Shown here one piece after another: positions 12,318 through 25,280 of a DNA stretch of 64,000 bases; position 1 is the stretch's first letter, and each line of letters starts with the position of its first letter. This stretch comes from Octopus vulgaris. Taxonomy: Eukaryota. Both the position numbers and the translations under genes were made by a program. The stretch is taken from assembly GCA_951406725.2 (NCBI GenBank), contig OX597819.1, forward strand, positions 43,772,001 through 43,836,000, in the 5' to 3' direction. The notes below the pieces were generated by a model. The model worked only from the letters and a program-made list of their open reading frames with translations. It searched no databases and was not told where the DNA came from.

Positions 12318-12538
12318 ACCCCCCCCCCCCCTCCTCCTCCTCCTCTTTTCCCTCCTTTTCCTCCTCCCCTTCACCCTCCTCCTCCCCTTCCCCCCTCCTC
12401 CTCCTCCCTTCCCCCCTTCCTCCTCTTCCTCTTCCCCCTCCTCCTCCTCTTCCCCATCCTCCTCTTTTCCTTCCTTTTCTTCCTCCTCCTCATCTTTTTC
12501 CTCCTTTCCTTCCTCCTCCTCCTCCTCCTCCTCCTCCT
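12318..12538. repeat. (CCT)n-derived pure polypyrimidine tract
   Basis: About 220 nt, almost entirely C/T. Confidence 0.95.
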
Positions 12539-12549
12539 TATCATCAGAC

Positions 12550-12785
12550 CAGGCAACTGGCTGAATTCATGCAGTATCTAACAAAATGCCTTGTGGTATC
12601 TAGTTGCCAGTCTTTACATCTCGAGCTTAAATTCTGCCAACCTCAACTTTCATTCTTTCATTCTTCCGGAGTCAATAAAATAAAGTACCAGTCAAGTACT
12701 GAGGTCGATGGCATGTACTTATGTCTCCTCAAAAAAACAAAACAAAAAAAAATTGCTGGTCTTGTGCCTAAATGAGAACCAATTA
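12550..12785 (+). mobile_element. Decayed SINE-A monomer
   Basis: GGCAACTGGCTGAAT..GAGCTTAAATTCTGCC..TTTCATTCTTCCGGAGTCAATAAAATAAAGTACCAG..CTTGTGCC. Confidence 0.7.
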
Positions 12786-13028
12786 TTATTTGTCTCATGT
12801 TCTTACATATTGAATTTGTTCCCACTCAATCTCTCTCCCTCTCTCCCCCTTCTCTCTCTCTCCATTCTCTCTCCTCCTATCTCTCTCGCTTGCTCTCAGA
12901 ATCTCAGACCAGCGCCAGGACTTTGAATATCATTAATCACAAAGTGTTCTGGCTTGCAGCTGGCTTGCAGTATATTACTTCAGACAAAATTTACTATTTT
13001 CCTCTTCTCTCTCCCTTCACACATTCAC

Positions 13029-13068
<40 letters not shown>

Positions 13069-13196
13069 TCTCTCACTTCCATCTTCTCTCTTTTTCTGTG
13101 TGTGTGTGTGTGAGGTATTTGGAAGTGTTTCTGTGTATCTAAATATATAAATATAAATGTATGTATGTGTATATGTCTGTGTATGCATATATGTAG

Positions 13197-13244
<48 letters not shown>

Positions 13245-13445
13245 ATGTATGTATGTATGTATATGTAAATATATGTATGCATATGTGTACACACACACAC
13301 ACACACTCACATATATATGTATGTGTGTGCCAGATTTTATTGGAAGCTGAAAACTTCACAAATCATGTGTATGTGCGTATATGTGTGTGTATGAGTGCCA
13401 ACACAATTTTCCACACACACACAGACGTAACACACATTCACATTT

Positions 13446-13501
<56 letters not shown>

Positions 13502-14509
13502 CTATCTTACATTTTTCTCTCTCTCTTTTTCTCCCGTCTTTCCTCTCTGCCTCTGTTCTTTCGTATTTCTTTGATCTCTCCGAAGCAATCTTTCTGTTTT
13601 GGTGCTTTCTTTTGTTGCCAGCGTTGTTGTTGTTGTTGTTGTTGTTGCTGTCGTTGCCGTCACTTACCATTTTCTCTTCCCCCTTCTTCATCCTCCCCCG
13701 CCGACGCCATCGTAGTCGCCATCATTGTTGATTCCGTTGTTGTTGTTGTTCTTCATTTTCTTCTAGACACCTTCGTATTTTTATTCTTCACATATATGTA
13801 CATACCACACACACACACACACACACACACACAAGAAAAATAAAAACGTATGTGCTCTGCACCTCCTTCGCAAACCTCTAAGTATTTTATATTGAAAGAT
13901 GTCAACTGCCATCCATCTTGAAAAGCTCTGATGGCGTTCTCCTAACTTTCAAATTCGTTTTATTTTGTTTCATTCTATTTTATTTTATCATATTTTATCA
14001 TATTTTGTATTATTCTAGTTTTATTTCTCCACCCAACCTTATTGATAACTTCCCTTCTTTTCATTATTTTTTTCGTTCTAGATTATTCTTTCTTTCATAT
14101 TTTATGCCTACTAATTTAGATCTGAAAAGTTTTATCGTTTGCCTATTATCTTTGTACCATGTCTATATTTACTAACTTATTCTTTGAGTGTATTTCAATT
14201 CAATTACGCACATTCCAACACCATTCTTAGGCATATATTTTAAACATGTTTATGTAATATATATGGGTAATAGGAGATCCTTAAGTTCTAAGTGGAGTAG
14301 CGGAGGAACCGTACTAGCATACGGCGATTCTTGGGTATTTTAATACTAGTAGAGATATATTCTTCTTCAGTTCTGAACACTGCTGAATTCCTCTATGCGC
14401 GTGCGTACATACATACCAACGCACTCGGACAAACAGTGAGAATGGGAGCGAGAGGGAGAGGGAAAGAGAGAAAGAGTGAGGATGAGAGAAAGAGAGTGAG
14501 AAGGAGAGA

Positions 14510-14620
14510 GATGTATACCGCTGTATTGGACGAATATTTTATCGACCCAGAAAGGATTAAAAGCAACGTTTACATCGGCGGTTTTTGAACCCAGATCAAC
14601 GAGATCGAAGACAAACACAA
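14510..14620 (-). mobile_element. SINE-A fragment
   Basis: TTTTATCGACCCAGAAAGGATTAAAAGCAACGTTTACATCGGCGGTTTTTGAAC is the family-A core on the minus strand. Confidence 0.6.
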
Positions 14621-14731
14621 GACGTCTTATTAAATTCTCTAAAGACTCACTCTAATTATGTGGGTGTTTATATGCATCTAAGCACGTATGCATGCTTGTA
14701 TGTGTGTATGTATTTATGTATGTATGTATAA

Positions 14732-15277
14732 ATGTTTAAAGACGGCATAAGGACTACTATGAAGTCACTGGGAAGATATAGAAACCCTTGCTTCGGATCG
14801 AGTTGGATGGCGAACAAAAGCGTGAAGTGGAGTGAAATCATTTGAAGAGGCCAGGATAACACAAGGAAGACTCAAAAGAAATCTAAGGAAGAATGTAACG
14901 ATCGAGAAGGTGAATGCCAATGACCTTTTCGTGTGCAGTCTGTGGCAGAACATGCCTGTCTTTTGCTGGCCTCAAATCTCATCTGCGAACGCATGGAAAA
15001 CAAACCTCCGCCAGCTATTCTGCCTTTATATCTGTGCACATCTTTGAATGCAGTGTATGGCAGAAGGTTTGCAAATCCAACGGAGGCCTCAAGAGACATT
15101 TTAAGATCCACAAAGAGCAGAACTTATCTGACGGTATTGGTGGTCCAAATTAGAGGTGCAATCTATGTGGGTGTCTTTTCAGAACATTGTCTGGTTTAAA
15201 AAGCCACATCAGATGCCATGATGGTGCTAAGATGTTGGTACAGGAAGTGGTCAAACTCTGCATAAGGAGTAGACAAC
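14732..15277 (+). mobile_element. RTE-clade LINE 3' end with three C2H2 zinc fingers, disrupted
   Basis: FKDGIRTTMKS / WEDIETLASDRVGWR..GVKSFEEAR is a typical RTE C-terminus, followed by three C-x2-C-x12-H-x3-H units (one with C>W); flanked by (TATG)n. Confidence 0.8.
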
Positions 15278-15401
15278 TATGTATGTATGTATGTATGTAT
15301 GTATGTATGTATGTATGTATGTATGTATGTATGTATGTATGAATGTATGTATGTATGTGTGTATGTATGTGTGTGTGCGTGTGTATGTGAACAGGGTCAA
15401 C

Positions 15402-15726
15402 TGGCACTCCGTCGGTTACGACGACGAGGGTTCCAGTTGATCCGATCGACGGAACGACCGGCTCGTGAAGTTAACGTGCAAGTGGCTGAGCACTCTACAG
15501 AGACGTGTACCCTTTACGTAGTTGTCTGGAAGATTCAGCGTGACACAGAGTGTGGCAAGGCTAGCTCCTTTGAAATATAAGTAGTGCTCATTTTTGCCAG
15601 CTGAGTGGACTGGATCAGCATGAAATAAAGTGTCTTGCTCAAGGATACAACGCACCGCCGGTAATCGAACTCACAACCTTACGATCGCGAGTCCAATACC
15701 CTAACCACTACGCCATGCGCCTTCAC
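15402..15726 (-). mobile_element. tRNA-derived SINE family C, long-tail form
   Basis: Reverse complement of the family-C head (TGGCGTAGTGG A box, GAGTTCGATT B box) plus tail ..GGAACCCTCGTCGTCGTAACCGACGGAGTGCCA; matches 36646-36969 and 54879-55200. Confidence 0.85.
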
Positions 15727-15744
15727 ATGTATGTATGTATGTAG

Positions 15745-15945
15745 TAAATCGCCAAAAAGAAGAACAAACATGAAACAACAACAACGCGAGGACGTGGTAC
15801 ATGTAATGTATTAGCAGACGCTCAGGGGAGGAAAGAAAGATGGTTTAACGTTTCGAGCAAAATCTCTTCTTTAGAAATAGAGGTAAGTCCAAAAGAAGGG
15901 AAGACGGAGGAAGAAAATCGCCAACGATTTACATGTGGTTACATT
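15745..15945 (-). mobile_element. Penelope-LTR-like short element with degenerate hammerhead core
   Basis: Reverse complement aligns with 33808-34000; core reads TTT-CTAAAGA-AGAGATTTTGCTC-GAAACGTT-AAAC. Confidence 0.7.
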
Positions 15946-16017
15946 TGTATGTATGTATGTATGTATGTATGTATGTATGTATGTATGTATGTATGTATGT
16001 ATGTATGTATGTATGTG

Positions 16018-16280
16018 GGGAGGCGCGTGGCTTAGTGGTTAGGGTGTCAGCATCATGATAGTAAGATTGTGGTTTCGATTCCTGGACCGGGCGACGCGTT
16101 CTGTTCTTGAGCAAAACACTTCATTTCACGTTGCTCCAGTCCACTCAGCTGGCAAAAATGAGTAACACTGAGATGGACGTCCTCTCCAGCTGGAGAACGC
16201 ATACGCCATTGAAACCGGGAAACCGGGCCCATGAGCCTAGCTAGGCTTTAAAAGGGCGCATTTATTTATTTTATTTATTT
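16018..16280 (+). mobile_element. SINE family C, short-tail form
   Basis: GGAGGCGCGTGGCTTAGTGG (A box), GGTTTCGATTCC (B box), TTGAGCAAAACACTT..CCACTCAGCTGGCAAAAATGAGTA core, GAAACCGGGAAACCGG tail, (TTTA)n end. Confidence 0.9.
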
Positions 16281-16902
16281 ATGTATGTATGTATGTATGT
16301 ATTGCTGATGGTGAAAATTAGCGTCATTAGTTGCAGGTTTACAATGGGTTGATTACTGCTCACCGTTTCACTGTACTTTTGCGACGACGAACGTTACAAG
16401 GGGAATATCTAACTCGGTGCAGGACAAATATTGCAAGAAGCTTTTGTTCAGTAAGCACCATTTATTCGGTTTCCTAGTCACCTTACCGATGCTCTCATCC
16501 TACGCTGATATGCACAGGTGAAAAGTGCACAGACACACACACACACACACATGCACTTATACTTACACACACGTATACACACGCACGTTCGCACACAAAT
16601 ACTCTCGTACAAACACATTGACACACAGAAAGAGAGGGAGACAGTGCTGAACTATTTCCCTTGTACTCTTATCATTTATGCCCGTCTCTTTTTACTTTTT
16701 CTACAATCGTTTTTCTCCATTACTTTCTTTTTCACACTGGCTCTCTCTCTCTCTCTTTCTTTCTTCCCCCTCTCTCTTTCTCTCTCTCTCCCTCCTGCTT
16801 TTGTGTACAAACACATGATTATACTTTAAACAGTTTTTTTCATTCATCTCTACTCTAATAATTTTCTCCTTTTCTTCATTCTTCATTTCACGTCCTTCCC
16901 TC

Positions 16903-16941
16903 TTCATCATCATCACCATCACCATCATCATCATCATCATT

Positions 16942-16995
<54 letters not shown>

Positions 16996-17126
16996 GTCGT
17001 CGTCATCTTCTTCTTCTTCTTCTTCTTCTTCTTCTTCTTCTTCTTCTTCTTCTTCTTCTCCTTGTTGTTGCTGTTGTTTTTGTTGTTGTTGTTGTTGTTC
17101 TTCTTCTTCTTCTTCCTCTTCTTCTT
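16903..17126. repeat. Compound in-phase trinucleotide tract (CAT)n-(CGT)n-(CTT)n-(GTT)n-(CTT)n
   Basis: Read directly. Confidence 0.95.
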
Positions 17127-17642
17127 AAACATGTATGGTTTTTAAAAAAATATTTTTACATCCTATATTTCCATATTGATATATATATATATATATATTA
17201 CATGTTTTCCCCTCTTTCTTCTGAAATATATACTTATGTTTTGTTATCTTCTTGTAAACCAAGATTACTGCATCTACATACATACATACATACATACATA
17301 CATACATACATACATACATACATACATACATGCATGCATACATACATACATACATACATACATACATACATACATACATACATACATACAGATGTGTAAT
17401 TTTGTATCTATATGTCCATTGCTTTGTGTGCATATCTATTACTGTATATCTACATATGTATATACATGTCTATCGCTTCCTATCTACATAGGTTTATGCG
17501 TATTTATTATTTCATATCTACTTACGTATAATCTTACATACTGCTTCTTATCTACATACACGTACGCCTATCTATTTCTTCGTATCTATACAATTGTATA
17601 CGTATCTATTGCATATGAGCAAGCGCATATATATATACATAA

Positions 17643-17678
<36 letters not shown>

Positions 17679-18397
17679 GTATATATATATATGTCTTCTC
17701 GTATCTACATACTTGTGTACCTATCTAATATTTCGTATGTCGATCTTTTCGTATCTTCATACGTACCTACCCATCTAATGAATGTATGCATCTATTGTTT
17801 CTGACTATTTTCTAACGCTTCCTTCTATATATTCTTCCTCCTCTATTTCTTCCCCTTACATCTTTGTATTCTGTTCGTTCTCTTATGTTGTCTTTCGCTT
17901 TGTTATACATACCCTTTCCTTTATTCCTTCTTTTATATCTTTCCAACTTTTTTTTCTGTACCCCATGCTCTATGTCTTCCTCGTTGTTCCTCTATCGCTT
18001 TCCTACTTCAATATTTATTTTTATAAAACATTTTTCTTTTCTTATTTTGTAATATTTTCCTTGCAAAGGTCGATGCAAAAATTTCTCTTTTTAAATGTTA
18101 GAGACTTAATATTTATGAGACTCATTCTGACCTAATTTATAGTCCATATATTTTGCACATACCTTATAATAGAAGTTTAGCTGTGGAGATGTACAGACGT
18201 GAAACTCAGAGAATAAGCTGTAAAATATCAGCTGTTACGAATAGAATAAACATCTATTTTCTCAACTCACCTTATCTGTTCTCCCAACCACACGCATACC
18301 CGTGCACACATGTATGTATGTATGTATGTATGTATATGATGGCTTAGCTGGCTGAACTTTCGAAGTCACTCTCAAAACATTATTCTTGTTTAAGAAT

Positions 18398-18645
<248 letters not shown>

Positions 18646-18891
18646 AGTGATGTTATATATTTTCAAATTTACCCTTTTGCAATTAAATTTATAAATCACG
18701 TTGGTCATTTGTTGTTTCTTTGCATGATTACACACTTGCTGTTATGTAAAAGTGCAAACTTCACGAACCTAACTGTTATAGCGGTCATACATTTACGACA
18801 CTCTTCTACGGCTTCATCATTCACTTACGATGTGGAGGGATTGCAATACACTTAACCGCATGGTACAAAACAAATCGGCGGCTGTGTGAAT

Positions 18892-19051
18892 AGGCGTAGG
18901 TTTGACCGTATGTAAATTTCTTTTGCTTCCCAATTACATGGTTTCGAGTTGAGTTGCACTACTTGACATGTTCAGCAAATGTCTTCTACTATAAACTTGG
19001 GCCAACCGAAGCTTTGAGAATGGACTTGAGAGACGGAAACTGAAAGTACTC

Positions 19052-19092
<41 letters not shown>

Positions 19093-19355
19093 TGTATATA
19101 TAAACATAATTATATAATATATATATATATATGTATGTATGTATGTGTGTGTCTTTGTGTCCTTGTCTCCCTCCAATTCCTGACAACCTGCGTTTGTTTG
19201 TTTGCATCCCCATAACTAAGCGGTTCGACAAAACAGACCGATAGAAAAAGTACCACCCTTTAAAGAATGTACTACTGGACCTGATTCCTTCGACCAAAAA
19301 CTCTTCAAGGCGGTACCGTTGCATCGCTGCAGTTTAATAACTGAACCAAAATAAA
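18892..19355 (+). mobile_element. tRNA-derived SINE family B with internal microsatellite, diverged
   Basis: 5' half ..GACGGAAACTGAAAG, internal (TG)/(TA), 3' half CCCCATAACT..GCGGTTCG..GACCGATAGAA; matches 43874-44360. Confidence 0.75.
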
Positions 19356-19702
19356 ATTAAGCAGAAGTGAACAGCTAAATATGATGTATAATCGGATAGA
19401 CTAAAATCAAATTCTCTGCAGCAATGTATAAAACAATCGCATTGGCCTTGGTTCCTACAAAGCGAAAGCAACATGCTCCAACATCACTTCAGCCTGAAGG
19501 TGAGATTACGAAAATCTAAGACAAGCAAACAAGTGATAATTATGATAATACGAAAAAGAAACCGTTAATAAAAAAAAGACAAAGCTAAAACACTTTCGTG
19601 TTTTCAATACTAAATCATTACTTTACTCATATTCTATATTTTGACTATATCTATCTGTCTGTCTGCGTGCCTGCCTGGCTGCCTGCTTACTTACCTGCTT
19701 AC

Positions 19703-19770
<68 letters not shown>

Positions 19771-19934
19771 TTATCCCCTCTTATGATTTTCCACGTTCTT
19801 GCTATCTCTTTCCTCCCCCTCTCTCTCTCAGTTAACTCTCCTTTCCATCCTATACTCCTTCATCCTCTGAGTCTCCCATACCTTTCTCTCCTTCATCACT
19901 TATAATATCTCTCTCACTCTCCCTGTCTGTGTAC

Positions 19935-19982
<48 letters not shown>

Positions 19983-20147
19983 GCACAAAGCTATATATTC
20001 CACATATATTTCCTCCTCCTCCTCCTCCTGTCTGCTTGTTTGTATATCTATTTCTACCCCAAATACTTATATCACTCACTCTCCTTCTGTCTCTCTGTCA
20101 CACACTCTCCCTACTTTACGTTATCTTACTCTGTCTCATTGTTTTTG

Positions 20148-20226
<79 letters not shown>

Positions 20227-20637
20227 GTCTGTCTATCTATCTACCCACCTTCTCTCTCCCCCTCTCTCTCTGTCGCTGACTCATTGTTTTCTTCTTAATC
20301 CGCCATTTTTATTTCATCTTCCTTCTTTAATATTTATGTATTTGCTTCTACCAATATAAAACTGAATAAACAACGATATTTTCCTTTGCTATATTCTATG
20401 AAATATTACGACTGAACCTAGTAAATAAGAGATTAGTTGTTTTTTTTCTTCTATATTTACTTATTTCTTACGCACAAAAACGCTATCTTGCGCTGTAATT
20501 ACTATTGTTTATACATTTATGTGTACGTATTGCGTACGTTGTACGCACAAACAAACACACACAAGCGCGAGTTCACCAACATGTCACCTATTAGACACTC
20601 GCGCACACACGAACACAAACATACGCACACATATTGC

Positions 20638-20687
<50 letters not shown>

Positions 20688-21370
20688 ATACACACACACA
20701 TTTATGCACGCACACACCCACACACCCACACATGTATGTATATATTGAACACATACGTACTATATATATATGTCTGTGTTGGAGTGGTGGCGGGCATCTT
20801 TGCACATATATGAATATATATGTGTGTGTGTGTGTGAATTTTTCGTTCCACCTTTCACACACAGACACATACATACATACATACATACATACATACATAC
20901 ATACATACATACATACATACAACACTCACATACACGCATACACTGGTATTGTTAATATTGTTGTTCCTGTTGCCGAGGTTGTTTTTATTTCTTGAAATCG
21001 GTGCGTAACTTGGGAATTAAGTTTACGAATCCCAAATTCTCTGCGACGGTGTTGTTCACAAGAGTGACTGTTACTTTGCTGTTAGTGTTGTGAATTAACA
21101 AAGGTTGCACGGTTCTGGCTAAAACCTTGCAGAATGGAGAGGCATGAGGCAAAGTATAAGACGTGGCGAAGTAAATATGGAGTCTAATATTGTCTAAATA
21201 TATTGAAAACACATGACTCTGCACTAATATGAATTGTATTCAGGGTTAACGACTTCTTACGATGTCAATGGCGACGACGAGACGACAGCGGTAAAAATTG
21301 AGACAATATTAAAAATATATTAACTATAATGTCGAGAACAAGAACAGAAGTGCCAGCAACACGGTACAGA

Positions 21371-21845
<475 letters not shown>

Positions 21846-22307
21846 CTATAAATGAATGTTTTCGCTCCACCTTTCATCACAGATATACACTAATATAATT
21901 TTAAACACTACCGCCAACATCACCAACAGCTATAAGAACAATAAAACTATAACGATTCCATTAAATATTTCGATGATGATGCTGATAATGATGGTGGGGA
22001 CGACGACAACGACGACAGCTGTAATAAAAGCTCTTTCATAGCCAACACGACCATCACCTCTAGCACCGCCATTGCCACTCCAAATATAACTACTACTGAT
22101 CCAGTCTTTCTTTATGCATTTTGTATTCAATCTAGTACATCCATTTAATTACAGCAAGTCAGTGTCAACTCAGTGCATAGAGGTTCCAATCAGAATAAAA
22201 GTTCAGCTATATTGTGAAGGGTGAAATATCTAACGCTTCGGAAATTTGTTCTTCTTCAGGAAGAAAAATATATAATTTTCAGTCCATTTTGCTGTTGGAG
22301 ACCACCC

Positions 22308-22373
<66 letters not shown>

Positions 22374-22712
22374 AATCATCATCATCATCATCAGCAGCAG
22401 CAGCACCACCACCATCTAGACACAAAGTAGCGATGGATCACTAGTAGAGGAGTCTTGTGTTCAATGTCTGTTCACCCTGCAGAACATGAGTTCCATTTGA
22501 GTGTCAGTGTAACTTTCTGTTCATCGGGTTGTCGCTTCCTGGATGCTCCACTGAGTCAACAGTGATGGATAATGCGAGAGCGTATCTATGACTACACGTA
22601 ATTACATGCCACCTAAAATAACAAACAATTAGCGACAACATGGAATATGTTACCCAATCATTCACCATTGCGAGTGATGCCTATGCTACTCTTTAGATGC
22701 ACAATTCTCGAA

Positions 22713-22746
<34 letters not shown>

Positions 22747-22959
22747 TATACGCCAGAGAAATACGCTAGGAGACAGGTTCTACGCTCTTTATTGGTTAAT
22801 GTGGACCAACCAAGGTGTAAAGTGGCAGTGATAAACCGCATGACTGATTAAGTCTACCATTCAAATAGCCATGACGGGATTTGAACTCATACACAGAGAT
22901 GACAAATGCCGCAGAACATCTGGGCCGAGGTTATTACAGTCGCACCCAACATCTACTGT

Positions 22960-23265
22960 CCTATATCGATATTTTATTATCGACTCCCAAAGAAAGGCAG
23001 ATAAAATTGACCTCAGTAGGATGTGAACTCAGAATGTAAAGAGTTGGAGCGAATATCTCGCAGCATTTTTTCCAACACTTCTGTTGACTCAGCCAACTCG
23101 CCAGCTAAGGACAGCAAATTTTACCAGAAGGATTCAGTCGATATAACAGTCCTTGTACTTGAACGGTACCACACTATCGACTACGGAAAGATGAAAGGCA
23201 AAGTTGGCCTCGTGGACATTTGAATGACGGATGAAATGCTTAGCGGTATTTCGTCCGTCTTTACG
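22960..23265 (-). mobile_element. Two decayed tandem SINE-A copies
   Basis: ATCGACTCCCAAAGAAAGG..GAACTCAGAATGTAAAG..CAGCCAACTCGCC and ATCGACTACGGAAAGATGAAAGGCAAAGTTGGCCTCG. Confidence 0.65.
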
Positions 23266-23269
23266 GTAC

Positions 23270-23410
23270 TATTCATTTTTGTCAGCTGAGTGAACTGGAG
23301 CAACGAGAGATAAAGTGTCTTGCTCAATGACACAACACATCACTGGAATCGAACTTACAACCTACGATCGTGGGTCAGATACCCTAACTACAAAGCTACC
23401 TAGCTTCACA
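23270..23410 (-). mobile_element. SINE-C head and core fragment
   Basis: TCATTTTTGTCAGCTGAGTGAACTGGAGCAACG..GTGTCTTGCTCAA..GGAATCGAAC. Confidence 0.7.
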
Positions 23411-23426
23411 ATATTACATACATACT

Positions 23427-23461
<35 letters not shown>

Positions 23462-23465
<4 letters not shown>

Positions 23466-23680
23466 CGGGAAGGTTTACGAAAATAAACAAAAGACGAATG
23501 CAGGTGGAGTACAAACAAACAAATGTATTAGTATGGCGCTCAGGAATAGAAATAAAACAAGTCTTACCTTTTGAGCCTACGCTCTTCGACAGAAAGATAC
23601 ACAGAAAAGAAACAAAGAAAGAAACAAGGAGAGAAAAAAATGCTTGTAGGAGCTAACGGTCTATCATGGCATTCTGACTT
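23462..23680 (-). mobile_element. Penelope-LTR-like element, second subfamily, mutated hammerhead
   Basis: Minus strand CTTT-CTGTCGA-AGAGCGTAGGCTC-AAAAGGT-AAG; shares TATTAG..CGCTCAGG with 15745-15945. Confidence 0.55.
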
Positions 23681-24619
23681 CAGGCAGAAGTCAGAGGTCA
23701 GACGTTAGACGCTAGAGGGATAGTAGGGGAGATAACAGGGTCAAGTGACTTCAAAACGAAGGTGGCCCCAACACGAAGGTGCTATGTATGTGCGTGTGAA
23801 AGAGGGCTGGTGGTCTGGACGTGTGCATGTATAGACACATACATACATAAATACATACACACACACATATAAGTTTAAAGTTAAAATTAAAATTCAATAT
23901 TTTAAATTTACGTCTTGGATAAATTTTAGTATGCCCTAGTAGTATGCTGACAAGGCACATTCATTGCCTATGGCTACCTGGCGACATCCACGGTAATTGC
24001 GCAGTCGTCGCTGGCTCTACATCAGGAGTCCCTCGGTGTACGTTGAGTATGATAGAAACATTGGTGACAGAAGATGGAAACTGTACAAATTCAGATAGCT
24101 GTGGAGGTCATAACGTTGCACGTGTTTCTAAGACTGAAGGGACTAAAAGAGGAATATCGCTCGTGGCCGGGTGACGCCAACTCGGAGCCCGCCTTGGTTT
24201 TAAAGGAAGCGTGGGCTATGGTGGAGTACACGGACACAAGCGATGATGAGGTGGAAAATTGACAAGAGGTTGAAAAGCCTCAGTGTTATAATGTGTAAGA
24301 GACTCAGCGCCTCATTTGTAAATGGACGAGTGTTGATTGTATATTGAATATTTCATTGTATGTTATTGCATGTTATTATTTGTAATGGACTAGTAAGTCC
24401 AATAATTGTAAAAGCTGTCGTGAGAGGTTCAATACCTCGTTTTGTTTATTATGTTGGGAAAAAAAAAGAACAATGTTTTAGAGAAGCAGAAAATCAGCGG
24501 GTGTTTTTTGCCTTTTCCCATCAATATCATCCTTGTTTCATCATTCACCTCATCAATGGATATGTCCAGCCCGCAAGCTACTCTTCGTAATGCCTTTATG
24601 GCAAATCTTAATGAAATAA

Positions 24620-24771
24620 AGTAGCTTGCTTACCCAACCGCATGGTTCTGGGTTCAGTCGCACTGCGTGGCACCTTGAGCAAGTGTTTTCTACTATAGCC
24701 TCGGGCTGACCAAAACCTTTGTGAGTGGATTTGGTAGACGGAAACTGAAAGAATCCCATCGTATATATATA

Positions 24772-24827
<56 letters not shown>

Positions 24828-24948
24828 GTAAACAAAGTCAAATGCGATACAATAAAATTAATTATTATCGCCGGTGTTCTAGCACACGCCATATATTATT
24901 CATATATAAGTACATTAAAAGGCGAAGTGTGTACTAGATACACAAAAG

Positions 24949-25013
<65 letters not shown>

Positions 25014-25235
25014 TACATATATGTGTTCGGTTGTGTTTGTGTTTGTCCACCCACCATTGCTTGACAGCCGATGGAGGCGTGTCTACGTCCCCGTAACGTA
25101 GCGGTTCTACAAAAGTGACCGATAGAACAAGTTCTAAGCTTACAAAGAATAAGTCCTGGGGTCGATTTGTTCGACTAAAGTTGGCACTTCAGCATGGCCA
25201 CAGTCAAATAACTGAAACAAATAAAAAATAAAATA
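24620..25235 (+). mobile_element. SINE-B with expanded, interrupted internal (TA)n
   Basis: 5' half 24620-24761 and 3' half ~25025-25235 both match 43874-44360; about 120 bp of unrelated DNA sits between two TA runs. Confidence 0.8.
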
Positions 25236-25237
25236 AA

Positions 25238-25280
<43 letters not shown>

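Noticed and set aside
14914-15220. Host C2H2 zinc-finger gene exon
   Set aside because: Contiguous with RTE C-terminal sequence, lacks TGEKP linkers, contains a stop and a Cys>Trp change, and ends in a repeat tail.
16018-16090. tRNA genes at SINE heads (also 36263, 43874, 44676, 54879)
   Set aside because: A and B boxes are present, but I could not form a full cloverleaf and each continues into a shared SINE body.
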